A stretch of 64,000 nt of DNA, from the NCBI RefSeq assembly GCF_963921235.1, contig NC_086097.1, forward strand, positions 215,638,001-215,702,000. Direction: 5' to 3'. Position numbers and translations under genes: made by a program. This document shows positions 25,144-38,397 of the stretch, piece after piece. The DNA is from Mobula hypostoma. Lineage: Eukaryota. Each line of letters opens with the position of its first letter. Position 1 is the stretch's first letter. The notes under the pieces are model-generated. The model was not told the DNA's origin and made no database searches. It saw only the letters and a program-made list of their open reading frames with translations.

Positions 25144-26536
25144 ATTAGGGGCCAACAAATAAAAAATCATTTCCCATAGCTCACTCACTCTTCACCAGAT
25201 GAAACTAAACAACTAAGACAAAGCATGAATGCGTAACTATACGCTTTTGCTTCCACCATGCCCCAACCCACATGGCAGATTACCATAATAAACATGCCAC
25301 AAAGTACAATACAAACAGAAAATAGATGCATGCCTCCTACAGGTCACATGTGTAGTTGGCTGGTGGGGGCTCATTGGACAGAAGGGCCTGGTACTGTGCT
25401 GTAACTTCTATAAAAGTGAAAAGCATCATGCATTATAATTATGACTGTACCCTTAAGAATTGAGTGTATGATGTCATATGACATCAGATATATTGCTCCG
25501 CCAAATACGCCCAATGGTTGTGAGCTTATAGCCTTCAGTAAATTAATTCCACGTTTCCACTAAGAAATCTGAAGTCTTGAGACTGGTCCAATACAAACTG
25601 CTTTAATGTAGCAAAGCAGGTATCTTTCAATGTCTGGATATTTCGGACTTTAATTTAGATCATGTGATATCATTCCTTTACTTGCCTGCCCTAGATTCTC
25701 ATTGTGGCACCACCTCTACATCTGTAAATGAAGCATAATCTACAGTTAGCTCCCTTGTTTACTTCATGTTTCAATGCTTGAATTCTCCCTATTGCATGAG
25801 ATGTGCCTCCATGGAGCCCCTGTACAGTAATACCATTCCAATGTAAGTTACATATTGTTTTCACAGATAATTACACTGTGGTGATATTCAGTAACCCTTC
25901 ACTTCAATGTTTAGGCATAATAAATTCCAACACATGTGTTTATCACGGGTTTTAGTAACTTGGGACCACTCTGGCTTATAGCCAAGTTTTAAAACTGAAT
26001 CTTGGTGCGGTGAAACTGATTAACATTCAATTCTGAGTTTTCTTCTGTATGATACGATTACAGACTCGTGTGTTTCATTTCCTACATTAATTATTTTCTG
26101 CTGTTAATTTCACAGCAGTACATGCATGGAAACTGTGGGACACAAAATCATAAACTTTTACACTAGCTTTGAACTAATCAGAAACGTCACACCTACATTA
26201 ACATCTGCATAGCACTGAAACATTGTATACAGCCAGCATGCTTAATAACGTCTGACAAATATGAAGATGTGCAGTATATTCTCACCGGTTCTTGCTTGGT
26301 CATAAAAGTGAATAAAGGAAAATTAAAACAGAAAATGAAGGAAAAATTTAGGAACTCAGACAATATCCAAAGATAGAAAAATACAAATACCATTTCAGGA
26401 TAAATAACTGTCATCAGAGGTTGAATAGTGGATACAAGTATAAGACCTGAGGATAGTCAGGTGAGGATGCAGTGACTGTGAAGTCTTTGCTTTGTCTTTT
26501 GAGCTCTATCATGAAAGCATATCTATACTTTGACAA

Positions 26537-26674
26537 ACGAGAAAATCTGCAGATGCTGGAAATCTGAGCAACGCACACAAAATGCTGGAGGAACTCAGCA
26601 AGCCAGGCAGCATCTATGGAAAAGAGTGCAGTTGATAGTTCGGGCTGAAACCCTTCAGTAGGGCTGGAAGGACT
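26537..26674 (-). mobile_element. Penelope-derived single-arm insertion with 15-bp TSD
   Basis: TSD tctatactttgacaa at 26522-26536 and 26675-26689. Decayed hammerhead motif near its 5' end. Confidence 0.85.
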
Positions 26675-27149
26675 TCTATACTTTGACAATTATATTTCAC
26701 TTCAGCAATTCAAGCCACCTTCCAAAAATGATAATCGACATACTCTTCTTTTCCCTTAAGAAATTTTAAACCACTATATAATTAAAGTTAATTGAATATC
26801 TCCACTATTTCCTTATTGTTTACTTTTGAAAAAATATTGTCATTTTCCTTTTTTTTCTAAATGCTGCCTTTAGTTGGACCAGATTAATCCATGATAATCC
26901 AATTATCATTGCCGGTTCAAAGAAAACTAATATTTTAGCAGCAGAGAAATAATCCAAGAAAAGTAAAGATAAAGATAAACCTTCCTAATCTGCTCACAAT
27001 ATCTGACTGTAATTTGCCACATTCTTTGAAATCTGGAGATCCTGAAGCTAAAATTGCATGACAATTTGAAGACAATAAGACATAGGCGAAGAATTAGACC
27101 ATTCAGCCACCAAGTTGGCGCCGACATTACATCATGACTGATTTATTAG

Positions 27150-29597
27150 GTAGTTATGCCCAAGGTGCCCAGGAGACTGGGTGACAGGAAGGGGAAAGGG
27201 GTTAAATAGCCAGCACAGAGTACCGCTGTGGCCATCCCCCTCAACAGCACGATACTGTTTTGGATACTGCTAGGGTGTGGGGATGACCTAGCAAAGGAAA
27301 ATCACAGCAGTCAGGTCTCTGGCAGTGAGTTTGGTTCTGTGACTCAGAAGGGAAGTGGGGAAAAGAGACGAGCTGTGTTGACAGGGGATTTGTTAGTTAG
27401 AGGAACAGAAGGGAGGTTCTGTGGAGGAGAATGAGATTCCCGGATAGTAGCTAGCTGCCAGGTGCTGGCGTCAGGGACATCTCGGATCAAGTCCTCAGCA
27501 TTCTGAGCAAATGGGAGGGTGAGCAGTCAGAGGCCCTGTCCATGTATGACCAGTGAGATGGGTAGGGCAAATGACAAAAGTTCTGCAAAGTGAGTTCAGG
27601 CAATTAGTTGCAAATTTAAGGGATATGACTTCCCGAGTTGTGATCTCAGGATTGATCCTCGTGCCATATGCTAGTGAAGAAAGAAATAGGAAAATCATAT
27701 AGTTTAAAACAAGGCTGAGGAGTTGGTGCAGGAGAGAGGGTATCAGAATTTTTTGATCATTGGGCTCTGTTCCATGGAAGTTGGGACCTGTACAGAACAG
27801 AGCAGGACTGGAAGGGGACTAATATCCTAGCGTAATATTCTAGCAGGAAGGTTTGCAAGTGCTACATGGGTGGGGGGGGGGGCGCGTTAACTTGAGTTGC
27901 CGGGGGATGGGAATTAGAGTGCCAGAACAGATAGTGGAGAGGTTGTGGAGACAGATATCGTTAAGACCTCAGACAAAGTCAGGAATCAAAAGGTTGAACA
28001 TAGTGTGACTAATGTCCTGAGCTGCATATATTTCAATGCAAGAAGTTTTATAGGAAACGTAGATGAGCTCAGGGCATGGATCAACGCATAGAATTATGAC
28101 ATTGTAGCCATTAGTGAGACTTGATTGCAGGAGGGGCAGGACTGGCAGCTCAATATTCCGGGTCTCTGTTGTTTTAGAAATGACAGAGGGGAGGGATTAA
28201 AGGGGGAGGGGTGACATTACTTGTCAGGGAAAAGGTCATGACAGTGCTCAGTCAGGACAGACTGGAGAACCCATCTAGGGAGGCTTTATGGGTGGAACTG
28301 AGGAATAAGAGAGGTATGACCACATTAAAGGGGCTATATTATAGAGCACCCAACAGTCCACAGGATTTAGAGGAACAAATTTGTAGAGAGATCACAAACT
28401 GTTACAAGAAACATGAAGTTATAATAGCAGATGATTTTAAATTCCCACATATTGACTGGGACTCCCATAATGGAACAGTACTAGATGGGATGGAGTTTGC
28501 CAAATGTGTTCAGGAAAGTTTCCTTAACCAGTGCATAGAAGTCCCAATGAGAGAGTGTGTGATAGTTGATCTCCTATTAGGGCTTGTGACAGGCCAGGTG
28601 ACAGAAGTCTGCCTATTTTGCATCTAGTGATCATAATACCATTAGTATCAAGGTAATTATGGTGGAGGATAGGTCTAGTGGTCAGGTTGAAGTTTTAAAT
28701 TGGAGAAAGGCCAATTTTGATGGTATCAGAAATGATCTGGCAAGTGTGGATTGGGACACACTGTTTTCTGGCAAAGGTGTACTTAGTAAGAGGGAGGCCT
28801 TCAAAAGTGAAGTTTTGAGAGTACAAAGCATGTATGTGCCTGGCAGAGTAAAAGGTAAAGAGAACAGGTTTAGGGAACCTTGGTTTTCAAGAGATATTGA
28901 GGCCCTGGTTAAGAAAAAAAAGGAGATGCATAGTAGAAATAAGCAGATAGAAACAAATTAAGTACGTATGGAGTATAAGAAATACAAGAGAACATGTAAG
29001 AAAGAAATCTGGAGGGCTAAAAGAAGGCATGAGGTTGCCCTAGCAAACAAGGTGAAGGAGAATCCTAAGGGATTTCACAGATATGTTAAGAACAAATGGA
29101 TTGTAATGGCCAAAATTGGTCCTCTGGACGATCAGAATGGTAATCTATGTGTGGAGCCAAACCCAATGTGGGAGACCTTAAATGGATTTTTGCATCCATA
29201 TTTACTCAGGAGACAGAGAAAAAATCTATAGAAGTGAGGCAAAGCAACAAGGTCATGGAGCCTGTGCAGATTACAGAGGAGGAGGTGTTTGCTGTCTTGA
29301 AGCAAATTACGGTGGATAAATTTGCAAGGCCTGACCACGTGTTCCCTCGGACCCTGTGGGAGGTAAGTACAGAAATTGCAAGGGCACTAGCATGCATATT
29401 TAAACTATCCTTCATGACAGATGATATACTGGAGGATAGCTAATGTTGTTCCACTGGTTAAGAAAGACTCAAAAAATAAGCAAGAAAATTATTGGCAAAT
29501 GACCTGACACCAGTGGTGGGAAAGTTATTGGAAGGAATTCTAACAGATCAGATAAATGTAGACATGGACTTATTAGGGATAGTCAGCATGGCTTTGT
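27150..29597 (+). mobile_element. CR1 LINE: ORF1 (SGNH-esterase-like) remnant and ORF2 APE to RT start
   Basis: 'RAVLTGDLLVRGTEGRFCG' (27228-27434); ORFs 28211-28627 (LYYRAPNS, DDFKFPHIDW) and 28659-29443. Breaks at 'cagcatggctttgt'. Confidence 0.85.
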
Positions 29598-30373
29598 TCA
29601 AAGTTCAAAGTAAAATTTATTCTCAGTGTACATACATGTCATCATATGCAACCCTGAGATTCTTCTTTCTGCATGCATACTTAGCAAATCTATAGAACAG
29701 TAACTGTAAACAGGATCAATGAACAACAAGCAGAGCAAACGTGGATATAAATAAGTAGCAGTAAATAATGAGAGCATGAACTAACAAGATAAAGTGTCCT
29801 TAAAGTGAGACCATTGGTCTTGGGAACACCAGAAACAGAATGAGTGTAATTATCCCCTTTTGTTCAAGAACCTGATGGTTGAGGGGTAGGAACTGTTCTT
29901 GAACCTGATAGTGCAAGTCCTGAGGCATTTGTACCTTCTACCTGATGGCAGCAGTGAGAAAAGAGCATGGCCTGGGTGGTGAGTGTCTTTGATGATGGAT
30001 GCTGCTTTGCTATAACAACGTTTCATGCAGGTGTGCTCAATAGTTGGGAGTGTTTCACCCGTGACGTTCTAGGCTGAATCCATTACCTGTTGTAGGATTT
30101 TCCATTCAAAGGCATTGGCGTTCCCATACCAGGCCATAATGGAGCCAGTCAGTACGCTTTTTACCATACATCCATAGAAGTTTGCCAAGGTTTTTGATGA
30201 CATACCAAATCTCCACAGACTCCAGAGGAAGTAGAGACGCTGTTGTGCTTTCTTTGCATTTATATTTATATAATTGGTCCAAGGCAGGTCCTCTGAGATA
30301 GTGATACCAGGAATTTAAAGTTACAGACCCTCTCCCCCTTTGATCCTCTGATGAGTACTGGCTCATGGACCTC
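29596..30373 (-). mobile_element. Rex1/Babar-type LINE 3' part with (TTTGAAC)n tail
   Basis: Similar to 1060-1520; tail gttcaaagttcaaag on +. Confidence 0.75.
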
Positions 30374-30387
30374 TAAGCATACATATT

Positions 30388-30388
<1 letters not shown>

Positions 30389-30428
<40 letters not shown>
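30389..30428. repeat. (CT)n microsatellite
   Basis: Direct inspection. Confidence 0.95.
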
Positions 30429-30433
<5 letters not shown>

Positions 30434-30453
30434 GTGAATACGTGAGTTAACCT

Positions 30454-30633
30454 ACACACATCAAAGTTGCTGGTGAACGCAGCAGGCCAGGCAGCATCTC
30501 TAGGAAGAGGGTCTTGGCCTGAAACGTCGACTGTACCTCTTCCTATAGATGCTGCCTGGCCTGCTGCGTTCACCAGCAACTTTGATGTGTGTTGCTTGAA
30601 TTTCCAGCATCTGCAGAATTCCTGTTGTTTACA
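30454..30633. mobile_element. Penelope-derived fold-back element (distinct subfamily) with TSD
   Basis: Arms 'acacacatcaaagttgctggtgaacgcagcaggcc' and its reverse complement. TSD tgagttaacct at 30443-30453 and 30634-30644. Confidence 0.85.
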
Positions 30634-33425
30634 TGAGTTAACCTCACCTCCTGTGTGCATGCCTTCATCTAATTGATATGTCGTTGTATAGACACAGCAA
30701 ACTGGAGATGAGTACAAACCTGAATGTCAGCGAATATCATCAACAGTTATGGGATGACAGACTTTGGAAGGGAGAGAGATGGTGAGAGGAAAGAGTGAAT
30801 CAGTATGGAGAAGACTGTCACAGACGTTAACAAAGTGATGCATGAGTAGCAGTGCAAGATGCACAACTAGCAAAGTTAAACTGAAAATAACATGACGATG
30901 GCCTCAGATGGGAAAGTTGAAAATTTGATAGTGCAAATAAGGATTGGGAATCATATATCGAGAGGGTCGAACTGTATTATAACACGAACAACATGGATGA
31001 GGAAAAGAAATCCTCCACACTTCTTAGCTTAATGGATGCTTAAACATATAGGTTTTTATACAACTTGATAACTCCTGGAAAGCCAGTAAGCAGGACGTTC
31101 AACAAAATTGTTACAATTTGACAAAATCACTTGTGCCCTAAACCTCTGGTAATAGCTGAGCGATTTTGATTTTACAAAAGGAACCAGTCAAAGGACGAAA
31201 GGCGTTCCTGAATACATTGCAGAACTGCACAATCTTTCCCAATACTGTGACTTTAGAGATGGACTTTCTGATGCATTAAGGGACAGACTTGTATATGGCA
31301 TGCATACTCAAAGCTCTCAAATGAGGCTACTGTCAGAAAGAGACCTAACCTTAGAATGGGCATTGACCATTGCAATATCATTAGAGACTGCAGCTAACAA
31401 TGCAGCAGAACTACAGAAAAAGAGTTTAGAATGTGAAATGCACGAAGTATAATCGAATGGTGCAAAAGGCCAATAATGTTATCGATGTGGCAAATCCTCC
31501 CATGATGCAAATGACTGTTGGTTCAAAGAAAAAGTTTGCAGAAAGTGTCACAGACAAGGTCACATAGAGAGAGTGTGCAAGTCAGACAAAAAACCCAACC
31601 AAAGAGAAAAAAACACACAGACTGAAAAGTTTCAAATGCCAAACTGAACAAATGAATAAGGTGACCGAATGTGAAGCAGAATCAGAAAATACAGATTCTG
31701 ACTAAGATAAGCTATCATGCCTAGAACCTCACAGCATTACTGAAGCATATCACAAAATCATCTGGATCACAATAGATGTGTCTGGTGTAAAACTGAAAAT
31801 GAAGCTGGACACAGGGTCAGCTTTGTCTATAATTTCAGAGGCTAACGACAACAGACTGTTTTCTAAGATACTAGTAGAAAAAACCTCAGTGATGCTAAAG
31901 ACCTACACAGGTGAAAAATGTCACCCAAAGGTAAACTGAAAGTAAATGTGATACATGAAAGGCAAACAATACAGTTAGAGCTTTATATTTTGAAAAGTGG
32001 AGGGCCAGCACTTTTTGGACGTGAATGGTTGAGAAAACTGGACTGGCACACAATCAAAGCTCTCAATGTGTCCTCAACAGGCAACTGCAGCCCAAATGGT
32101 AGCACTAACTAGAGACTGTCACAGCTGCCTAATGCTAATGAGAAGGTGTTTGAGAAGGGAATTGGTAAACTCAAAGGTATCAATGCCAAAATTGAACTGG
32201 ACGAAGCAACAACATCAAGATTCCATAAGGTGCGCCCAGTGCCTTATGCACTATGTCCTAAAGTAGACGCTGAACTGCAGAGCTTGGAGGCATCTGGAAT
32301 TCTCTCCAAGGTTTAGTGGAGTGATTGGGCCACTCCCATTGTCCTGGTGATCAAGAAAGAAAAGGCCAGAGCTGCTTGCATATGTGAGGATTTCAAGATG
32401 AGCATCAACCCGGTGCTGCATGCTGTGCAGTATCCCCTGCCACAAATAGAAGGCATTTTGCATCTTTGGCAAACGGGGACAGGTTTTCAAAGATTGACGT
32501 CACAAGCCTAAACGCAAATGGAGATCGAAGAATCAAGCAGGAAGTTCCTCACAATCAACATTCACAAGGGACTGTTCCAGTATAATTATCTCATCTTTGG
32601 TGTCACATCAGCTCCAGCAATTTGGCAAAGAGCAATGGACAAAGTGCTCCGAGATATCCCAGGAACACAATGTTACCTTGATGTTACCACTGTGACCAAT
32701 AAGAATGATGAAGAGCACCTCCAGAACCTTGGTAAAGTGCTTAGTGAGTATGGACTGTGTGCAAAGAGAAAGTAAATGTGAGTTTTTCAAGAAAGGAATC
32801 TCATATTGTGGACACGTCATTGACAAACAGGGCTAACATAAGTCACAAGGGAAGACTGATGCAGTGCTGCAGGCGCCCAAACCGGAAAATGTGTCACCAC
32901 TCAGATCATACTTGGGTCTTGTAAACTACTACCACCGGTTTCAGCCAAACATTGCTACAGTGCTGCACCCATTGAATGCACTGTCACAAACAGGAGCAGA
33001 GTGAGAATGGTCAGAAAGATGTGAAAGACCATTCAAGGAAACAAACAGACTAATAACACCTGATGAACTGCTCACCCATTATGACAATGCCATTTTGTGA
33101 CACACCATCGAAGTTGGGTCTGAATGCCCGATTGAATTTGCTTCAAGATTGCTGATGAGCACAGAATGCAAATACGCACAGATCGACCGAGAGGCCTTCA
33201 GTCTAGTATGGGGAATAAAGAAGTTCCACCACTTCCTCTACAGACAAAAGTTTACACTAGCAACAGATCACCAGTCCCTTGTGCCCCTTTTCAGTCCCAG
33301 GAAGGGAATTCCAGTGACGTTTGCTGTCTGGTTACAACGTTGGGCACTATTCCCAGGAGCCCACTCTTATGACATATGCTCAAGTGTATAAACCAGCACA
33401 GTAACATCTCCACTGTTGGCACCTG

Positions 33426-34108
33426 GCGGGAGGAAAGGATGGCGGCGCAATGCAGCTCGCAGTGGCCACTCCGGTAGTGATGTCTGTTATTTGTCAAGTA
33501 GGGTGCCGTGCACAATCCTGATTTGATGGAGACGGACGTGAAAGCACGGAGGAACATCTGGTGAAACTTCTGAAATGCCTGCATCGCTGCTGCTGCTACT
33601 GTGTGGTCCAGAATCTCCGGAGGAGAAGGCCCCGAGTCCTCGGCTTTGCTTGTTGCTCGGCGGCCAGGGCAGGGTCAAACCACTCGGCACAGAATGATGC
33701 TTGGAGAGGCTGTGTCAAAGGGGCTGGTCGGAGGCTCGAAGTTTTCGAACGGACTCAGAGTCCGCTGCGGTCGGGTGCTTCCAATGGTGCTGCATTGGCA
33801 AGTTGCCAGCACTTGGAGGTTCATGGCGGGGAGAGTTCCTCCCTTCTGCCGCCTGCATGAGATGATGAGGCTATCGGGACTTTGAGACTCTTTTTTACAC
33901 CATAGTGCCCATAGTCTGCTCTTTATCAAATTATGGTATTACTTTGCACTGTTGTAACTATATGTTATAATTATGTGGTTTTGTCAGTTTTAGTCTTGGT
34001 TTGTCCTGTGTTTTCTTGTGATATCATCCTGGAGGAATGTTTCTTAATGCATGCATTTCTAAACGACAATAAACTGGGACTGAGTGTCCTCATAATCTAA
34101 TCTAATCT
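33426..34108 (+). mobile_element. Non-autonomous CpG-rich retroposon with (AATCT)n tail, inserted in Gypsy pol
   Basis: Starts 'ggcgggaggaaaggatggcggcgc' and ends 'caataaac..cataatctaatctaatct'. Related copy at 42557-43197. Confidence 0.75.
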
Positions 34109-34477
34109 GAAGAAGAAAAGTCTTTATATTGTGACCCAGCAGAAGTATTCCACACCACATTGATGGACCAGTTGCCAGTAACAAATTCTGGAATACAATG
34201 AGAAGCAAGGAATGGCCTGACATTGTTGAAAGTCTATGACATCGCCATGCAGGGATTGCCAGCTCAGGGTTCTCCAAAACTCTCAGATGAGACCAACCGT
34301 TGGTTTGTCAAAGAATGTTGATGTATTGATCTCACGCTGTGGTTCCCTTTAAACTGCATACCAGAGTGCATAAAGGACATCTGGGTACAGTCAAGATGAA
34401 GAATCTCACCCAGAACTACATGTGGTGACCAGGAATAGAAGACCGATTGAAGACTTGACCAAAAGCAGTTTGGGATA

Positions 34478-34668
34478 TTGCAGCTGTACTTGGCCACACA
34501 GTCATAGGTGTAAAGGGAGTAGAGCAGGGGGCTAAGCACACAGCCCTGTGGTGCTCCTATGCTGATGGAGATTGTGGAGAAGATGATTTTGCCAATCCAA
34601 GCTGACTGGGCTCTGCAAGTGAGGAAATCCAGGACCCAATTACACAAGGCGAGTATTGTGGCCCAGGT
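34478..34668 (-). mobile_element. Rex1/Babar-type RT fragment
   Basis: ORF 34264-34647(-) '[29 protein letters not shown]'. Confidence 0.85.
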
Positions 34669-36062
34669 TTTTCGAGGAAGTTACCGGGAAATTTGATGAA
34701 GGCAAGCAGTGGATGTTGATCAGATGGACTTTAATAAGGCACATGACAAGATCCCGCATGGGAGGTTAGTCAAGAATTTTCAGTCGCTTGGCATTCAAGA
34801 TGAGGTAGTAAACTGGATTAGAAATTGGCTTTGTGGGAGAATGGTAGCGGATGGTTGCCTCTCTGACTGGAGGCCTGTGACTAGCGGAGTGCCACGGGGT
34901 GCTCCTGGATCCACTGTTTGTCATGTATATCAATGATCTGGATGATAATGCGGTTAACTGGATCAGCAAATATTCTGACGACACCAAAATTGGGGGTGTT
35001 GTGGTCAGCGAGGAAGCCTACCAGAGCTTGCAGAAGGATCTGGACCAGCTGGAAAAATCAGAAGGAAAATGGCAGATGGAAGTTAATGCAGGCAAGTGTG
35101 AGGTGTAGCACTTTGGTAGGAACAACCGGGGAAGGTCTTACACAATGAATAGCAGGGCACTGAAGAGTGCAGTAGAACAAAGTGATCTGGGAATACAGGT
35201 CCATAATTCATTGAAAGTGGTGGCACAGATAGATAATGAAAAGCTTTTGGCACATTGGCCTTCATAAATTAAAGTATTGACTACTGGAGATAGGATGTTA
35301 TGTTAAAGTTGTATAAGACATTAGTGAGGTCTAATTTGGAGTATTCTGTGCAGTTTTGGCACCTACCAACAGAAAAGATGAAAATAAGATTGAAAGGGTA
35401 CAGAGAAAGTTTACAAGGACATTGGCAGGACTGGAGGACCTGAGTTATAAGAAAAATTAAATATATTAGGACTGTATTCCTTGGCATGTAGAAGACTGAG
35501 AGGAGATTTATTAGAGGTATACTGTAGGGCTGCATGGTTACATAGTTGTTAGCACAGTGCTTTACAGTACAGGTGACCCGGGTTCAATTCCCACCGCTAC
35601 CTGTAAGTTCTCCCTGTGACCACTTGGGTTTCCTCCAGGTACTCTTGTTTCCTCCCACAGTCCAAAAGATGAACTGGTTGGTAGGGTAATTGGTCATTGT
35701 AAATTGTTCTGTGATTAGGATAGGATTAAATTGGAGGAGTGCTGGGTGCCATGGCTGTAAGTGTTACGTGCCTATTCCATGCTGAATCTCAATAAAATTA
35801 TGAGAGTATAGATAGAGTTAATGTAAGCAGGCTTTTTTCCACTGAGGTTGGGTGGGATGATAACTAGCGGTCATGGGTTAAGTGCAAACGGTCAAAAGTT
35901 TAAGCAGAACATGAGGAGGAAGTTCTTCACTCAGAGAGTCATGAAAGTGTGGAACAAGCAGCTAAGCACAAGTGGTGCATGCCAGCTTAATTTCAAGGAT
36001 TAAGGGAAGTTTAGATAGGTACATAGATGGCAGGAGTATGTAGGTTTATGATCTGGGCGCAG
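34668..36062 (+). mobile_element. CR1 LINE RT to 3' end, interrupted by a SINE
   Basis: ORFs 34709-34936 (DFNKAHDKI, WRPVTSGVP) and 34899-35108 (KYSDDTKIGG). Confidence 0.85.
35527..35795 (+). mobile_element. tRNA-derived V-type (HE1-like) SINE
   Basis: B box GGTTCAATTCC at about 35581. V-domain-like 'tgggtttcctccaggtactcttgtttcctcccacagtccaaa'. Splits the CR1 sequence gaggtatac|aaaattatg. Confidence 0.75.
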
Positions 36063-36074
36063 GTGGATGGGACA

Positions 36075-36500
36075 ATCCTTTTCCAATGCCAGAACATCTC
36101 TTCTTAGATAAGGAGCACAAAACTGCTCACAATACTCCAAGACCAATGGCTTATAAAGCCTCAGCATTTCAACTTTACACTTAACTCTAGTCCTCTCAAA
36201 ATGAGCACAAACATTGTGTCTGCCTTCCTTTTCCTTTTTTTAAGTTAATATTTTAACAACCCTGCTCAAGGATTCCCAAGTCCCTTTGCTCTTCTGGTTT
36301 TTGAATTTTCTTCCCATTTAGAAAATTGTTTACACCTTTACTCCTTCTACCAAAGTGCACGACTCTACACTTCCCTGCACTATATTCCATCTGCCACTTC
36401 TTTGCCCATTCTCCTAATCAGTCTAAACCTTTCTGCAGGCTCCCTAAAGAAAATGAAAATAAGCAATCCCAACACTGACCCCTGCGGAAAACCAGAAAAG
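36075..36500 (-). mobile_element. Degenerate CR1 RT fragment
   Basis: Resembles 41990-42130 and 63420-63740. Confidence 0.7.
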
Positions 36501-36877
36501 CTTGACTCTTGAAAGAGTCAGTGAGATTCACATTCTGACAACAAGAGTCAAAGTACAACAAGTAGACAAATACACTTATTATTATGACAACAGGTAAAAT
36601 GACCCTCTAATTCCTGATGTGGTTATTACTCTTGACAAAATAGTCAAATTAGTAGCTTTGGTCTCTAGTCCTGGAGGTCAGATAAAATTATAATTACAAT
36701 GAAATACCAGAACCTTTTATAATGCAATGGGGAAAAATTACAGTACTTTTTCAGATGCAGATATTTAGCAGTAAACTGTTGCAGGTAAAATAGTGGAAGC
36801 CCACAGCAAGACAATTAGGTATGTAATAAAGTTTACAGAAAGCCATCAAGCTGTATGTGTAACCTAGTAATACTCAA

Positions 36878-38397
36878 CAGTCTACTGTGGGAGGCCAGGG
36901 ATGAGATTGCTGAGCCTCCGGCGATGATCTTTGCATCATCAATGGGGACGGGAGCGGTTCCGGAGGATTGGAGGGTTGCAGATGTTGTTCCCTTATTCAA
37001 AAAAGGGATTAGAGGTAGCACAGGAAAATATAGACCAGTGAGTCTTACTTCAATGGTTGGTAAGTTGATGGAGAAGATCCTGAGAGGCAGGATTTATGAA
37101 CATTTGGAGAGGCATAATATGATCAGGAATAGTCAGCTTGGCTTTGTCAAAGGTAGGTCGTGCCTTATGAGCCTGATTGAATTTTTTGAGGATGTGACTA
37201 AACACGTTGATGAAGGTAGAGCAGTAGATGTAGTGGAAATGGATTTCAGCAAGGCATTTGATAAGATACCCTATGCAAGGCTTATTGAGAAAGTAAGGAG
37301 CTATGGGATCCAAGGGTACATTGCTTTGTGGATCCAGAATTGACTGGTCCACAGAAGGCAAAGTGCGGCTGTAGACGGGTCATATTCTGCATGAAAGTTG
37401 GTGACCAGTGTTGTGCCTCAGGGATCGGTTCTGGGACCCCTTCTCTTTGTGATTTTTATAAATGATCTGGATGAGGAAATAGAGGGATGGGTTAGTAAAT
37501 TTTCTAACGACACAAAGGTTGGAGGTGTTGTGGATGGTGTGGAGGGCTGTCAGAGGTTACTGTGGGACATCGATAGGATACAAGACTGGGCTGAGAAGTG
37601 GCAGATAGAGTTCAACCCAGGTAAGTGTGAGGTGGTTCATTTTGGTAGGTCAAATATGATGGCAGAATATAGTATTAATGGTAAGACTCTTGGCAGTGTG
37701 GAGGATCAGAGGGATCTCGGGGTCCGAGTCCATAGGATACTCAAGGCTACTGCGCAGGTCGACTGTGTGGTTAAGAAGGCATATGGTGCATTGGCCTTCA
37801 TCAACTGTGGGATTGAGTTCAAGAGCTGAGAGGTAATGTTCCAGCTATATAGTACCCTGGTTAGACCCCACTTGGAGTACTGCTCTCAGTTCTGGTCACC
37901 TCGCTACAGGAAGGATGCGGAAGCTATAGAAAGGGTGCACAGGAGATTTACAAGGATGTTGCCTGGATTGGGGAGCATGCCTTCTGACAATAGGTTGAGT
38001 GATCTCGACCTTTTCTCCATGGATCGACGGAGGGTGTCCTGATAGAGGTGTATAAGATGATGAGAGGCATTGATCGTGTGAATAGTCAGAGGCTTTTTCC
38101 CAGGGCTGAAATGGCTAACACGAGAGGGCACAGTTTTAAGGTGCTTGGAAGCAGGTACAGAGGAGATGTCAGGGGTAAGTTTTTTACGCAGAGAGTGGTG
38201 AGTGCGTGGAATGGGCCGCCGGTGATGGTGGTGGAGGCAGATACGATAGGGTCTTTTAAGAGACTCCTGGATAGGTACATGGAGCTTAGAAAAATAGAGG
38301 GCTATGGCTAACACTAGGTAATTTCTAAAGTACATGTTCTGTACAGCACTGTGGGCTGAAGAGCCTGTATTTTGCTGTAAGTTTTCTATGTTTCTAT
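36878..38397 (+). mobile_element. CR1 LINE, 5'-truncated, RT to 3' tail
   Basis: ORFs 36855-37343, 37398-37829 (VPQGSVLGP, FSNDTK), 37836-38042 and 38048-38311. Tail tttctatgtttctat. Confidence 0.93.

Larger units (their letters stand above)
30374..34485 (+). mobile_element. Decayed Gypsy LTR retrotransposon (Mag-like gag-pol), LTRs not resolved
   Basis: Two CCHC knuckles (CYRCGKSSHDANDC at about 31477; CRKCHRQGHIERVC at about 31537). Protease KLDTGSA at about 31802. RT 'FLTINIHKGLFQY..FGVTSAPAIWQ..YLDV'. RNase H 'YAQIDREA..TDHQSL'. Integrase N-terminal remnant at about 34330-34480. Confidence 0.9.

Noticed and set aside
36754..36790. 30-nt microexon (tttttcag|ATG..CAG|gtaaaa)
   Set aside because: Weak donor; such matches are expected by chance in AT-rich DNA.
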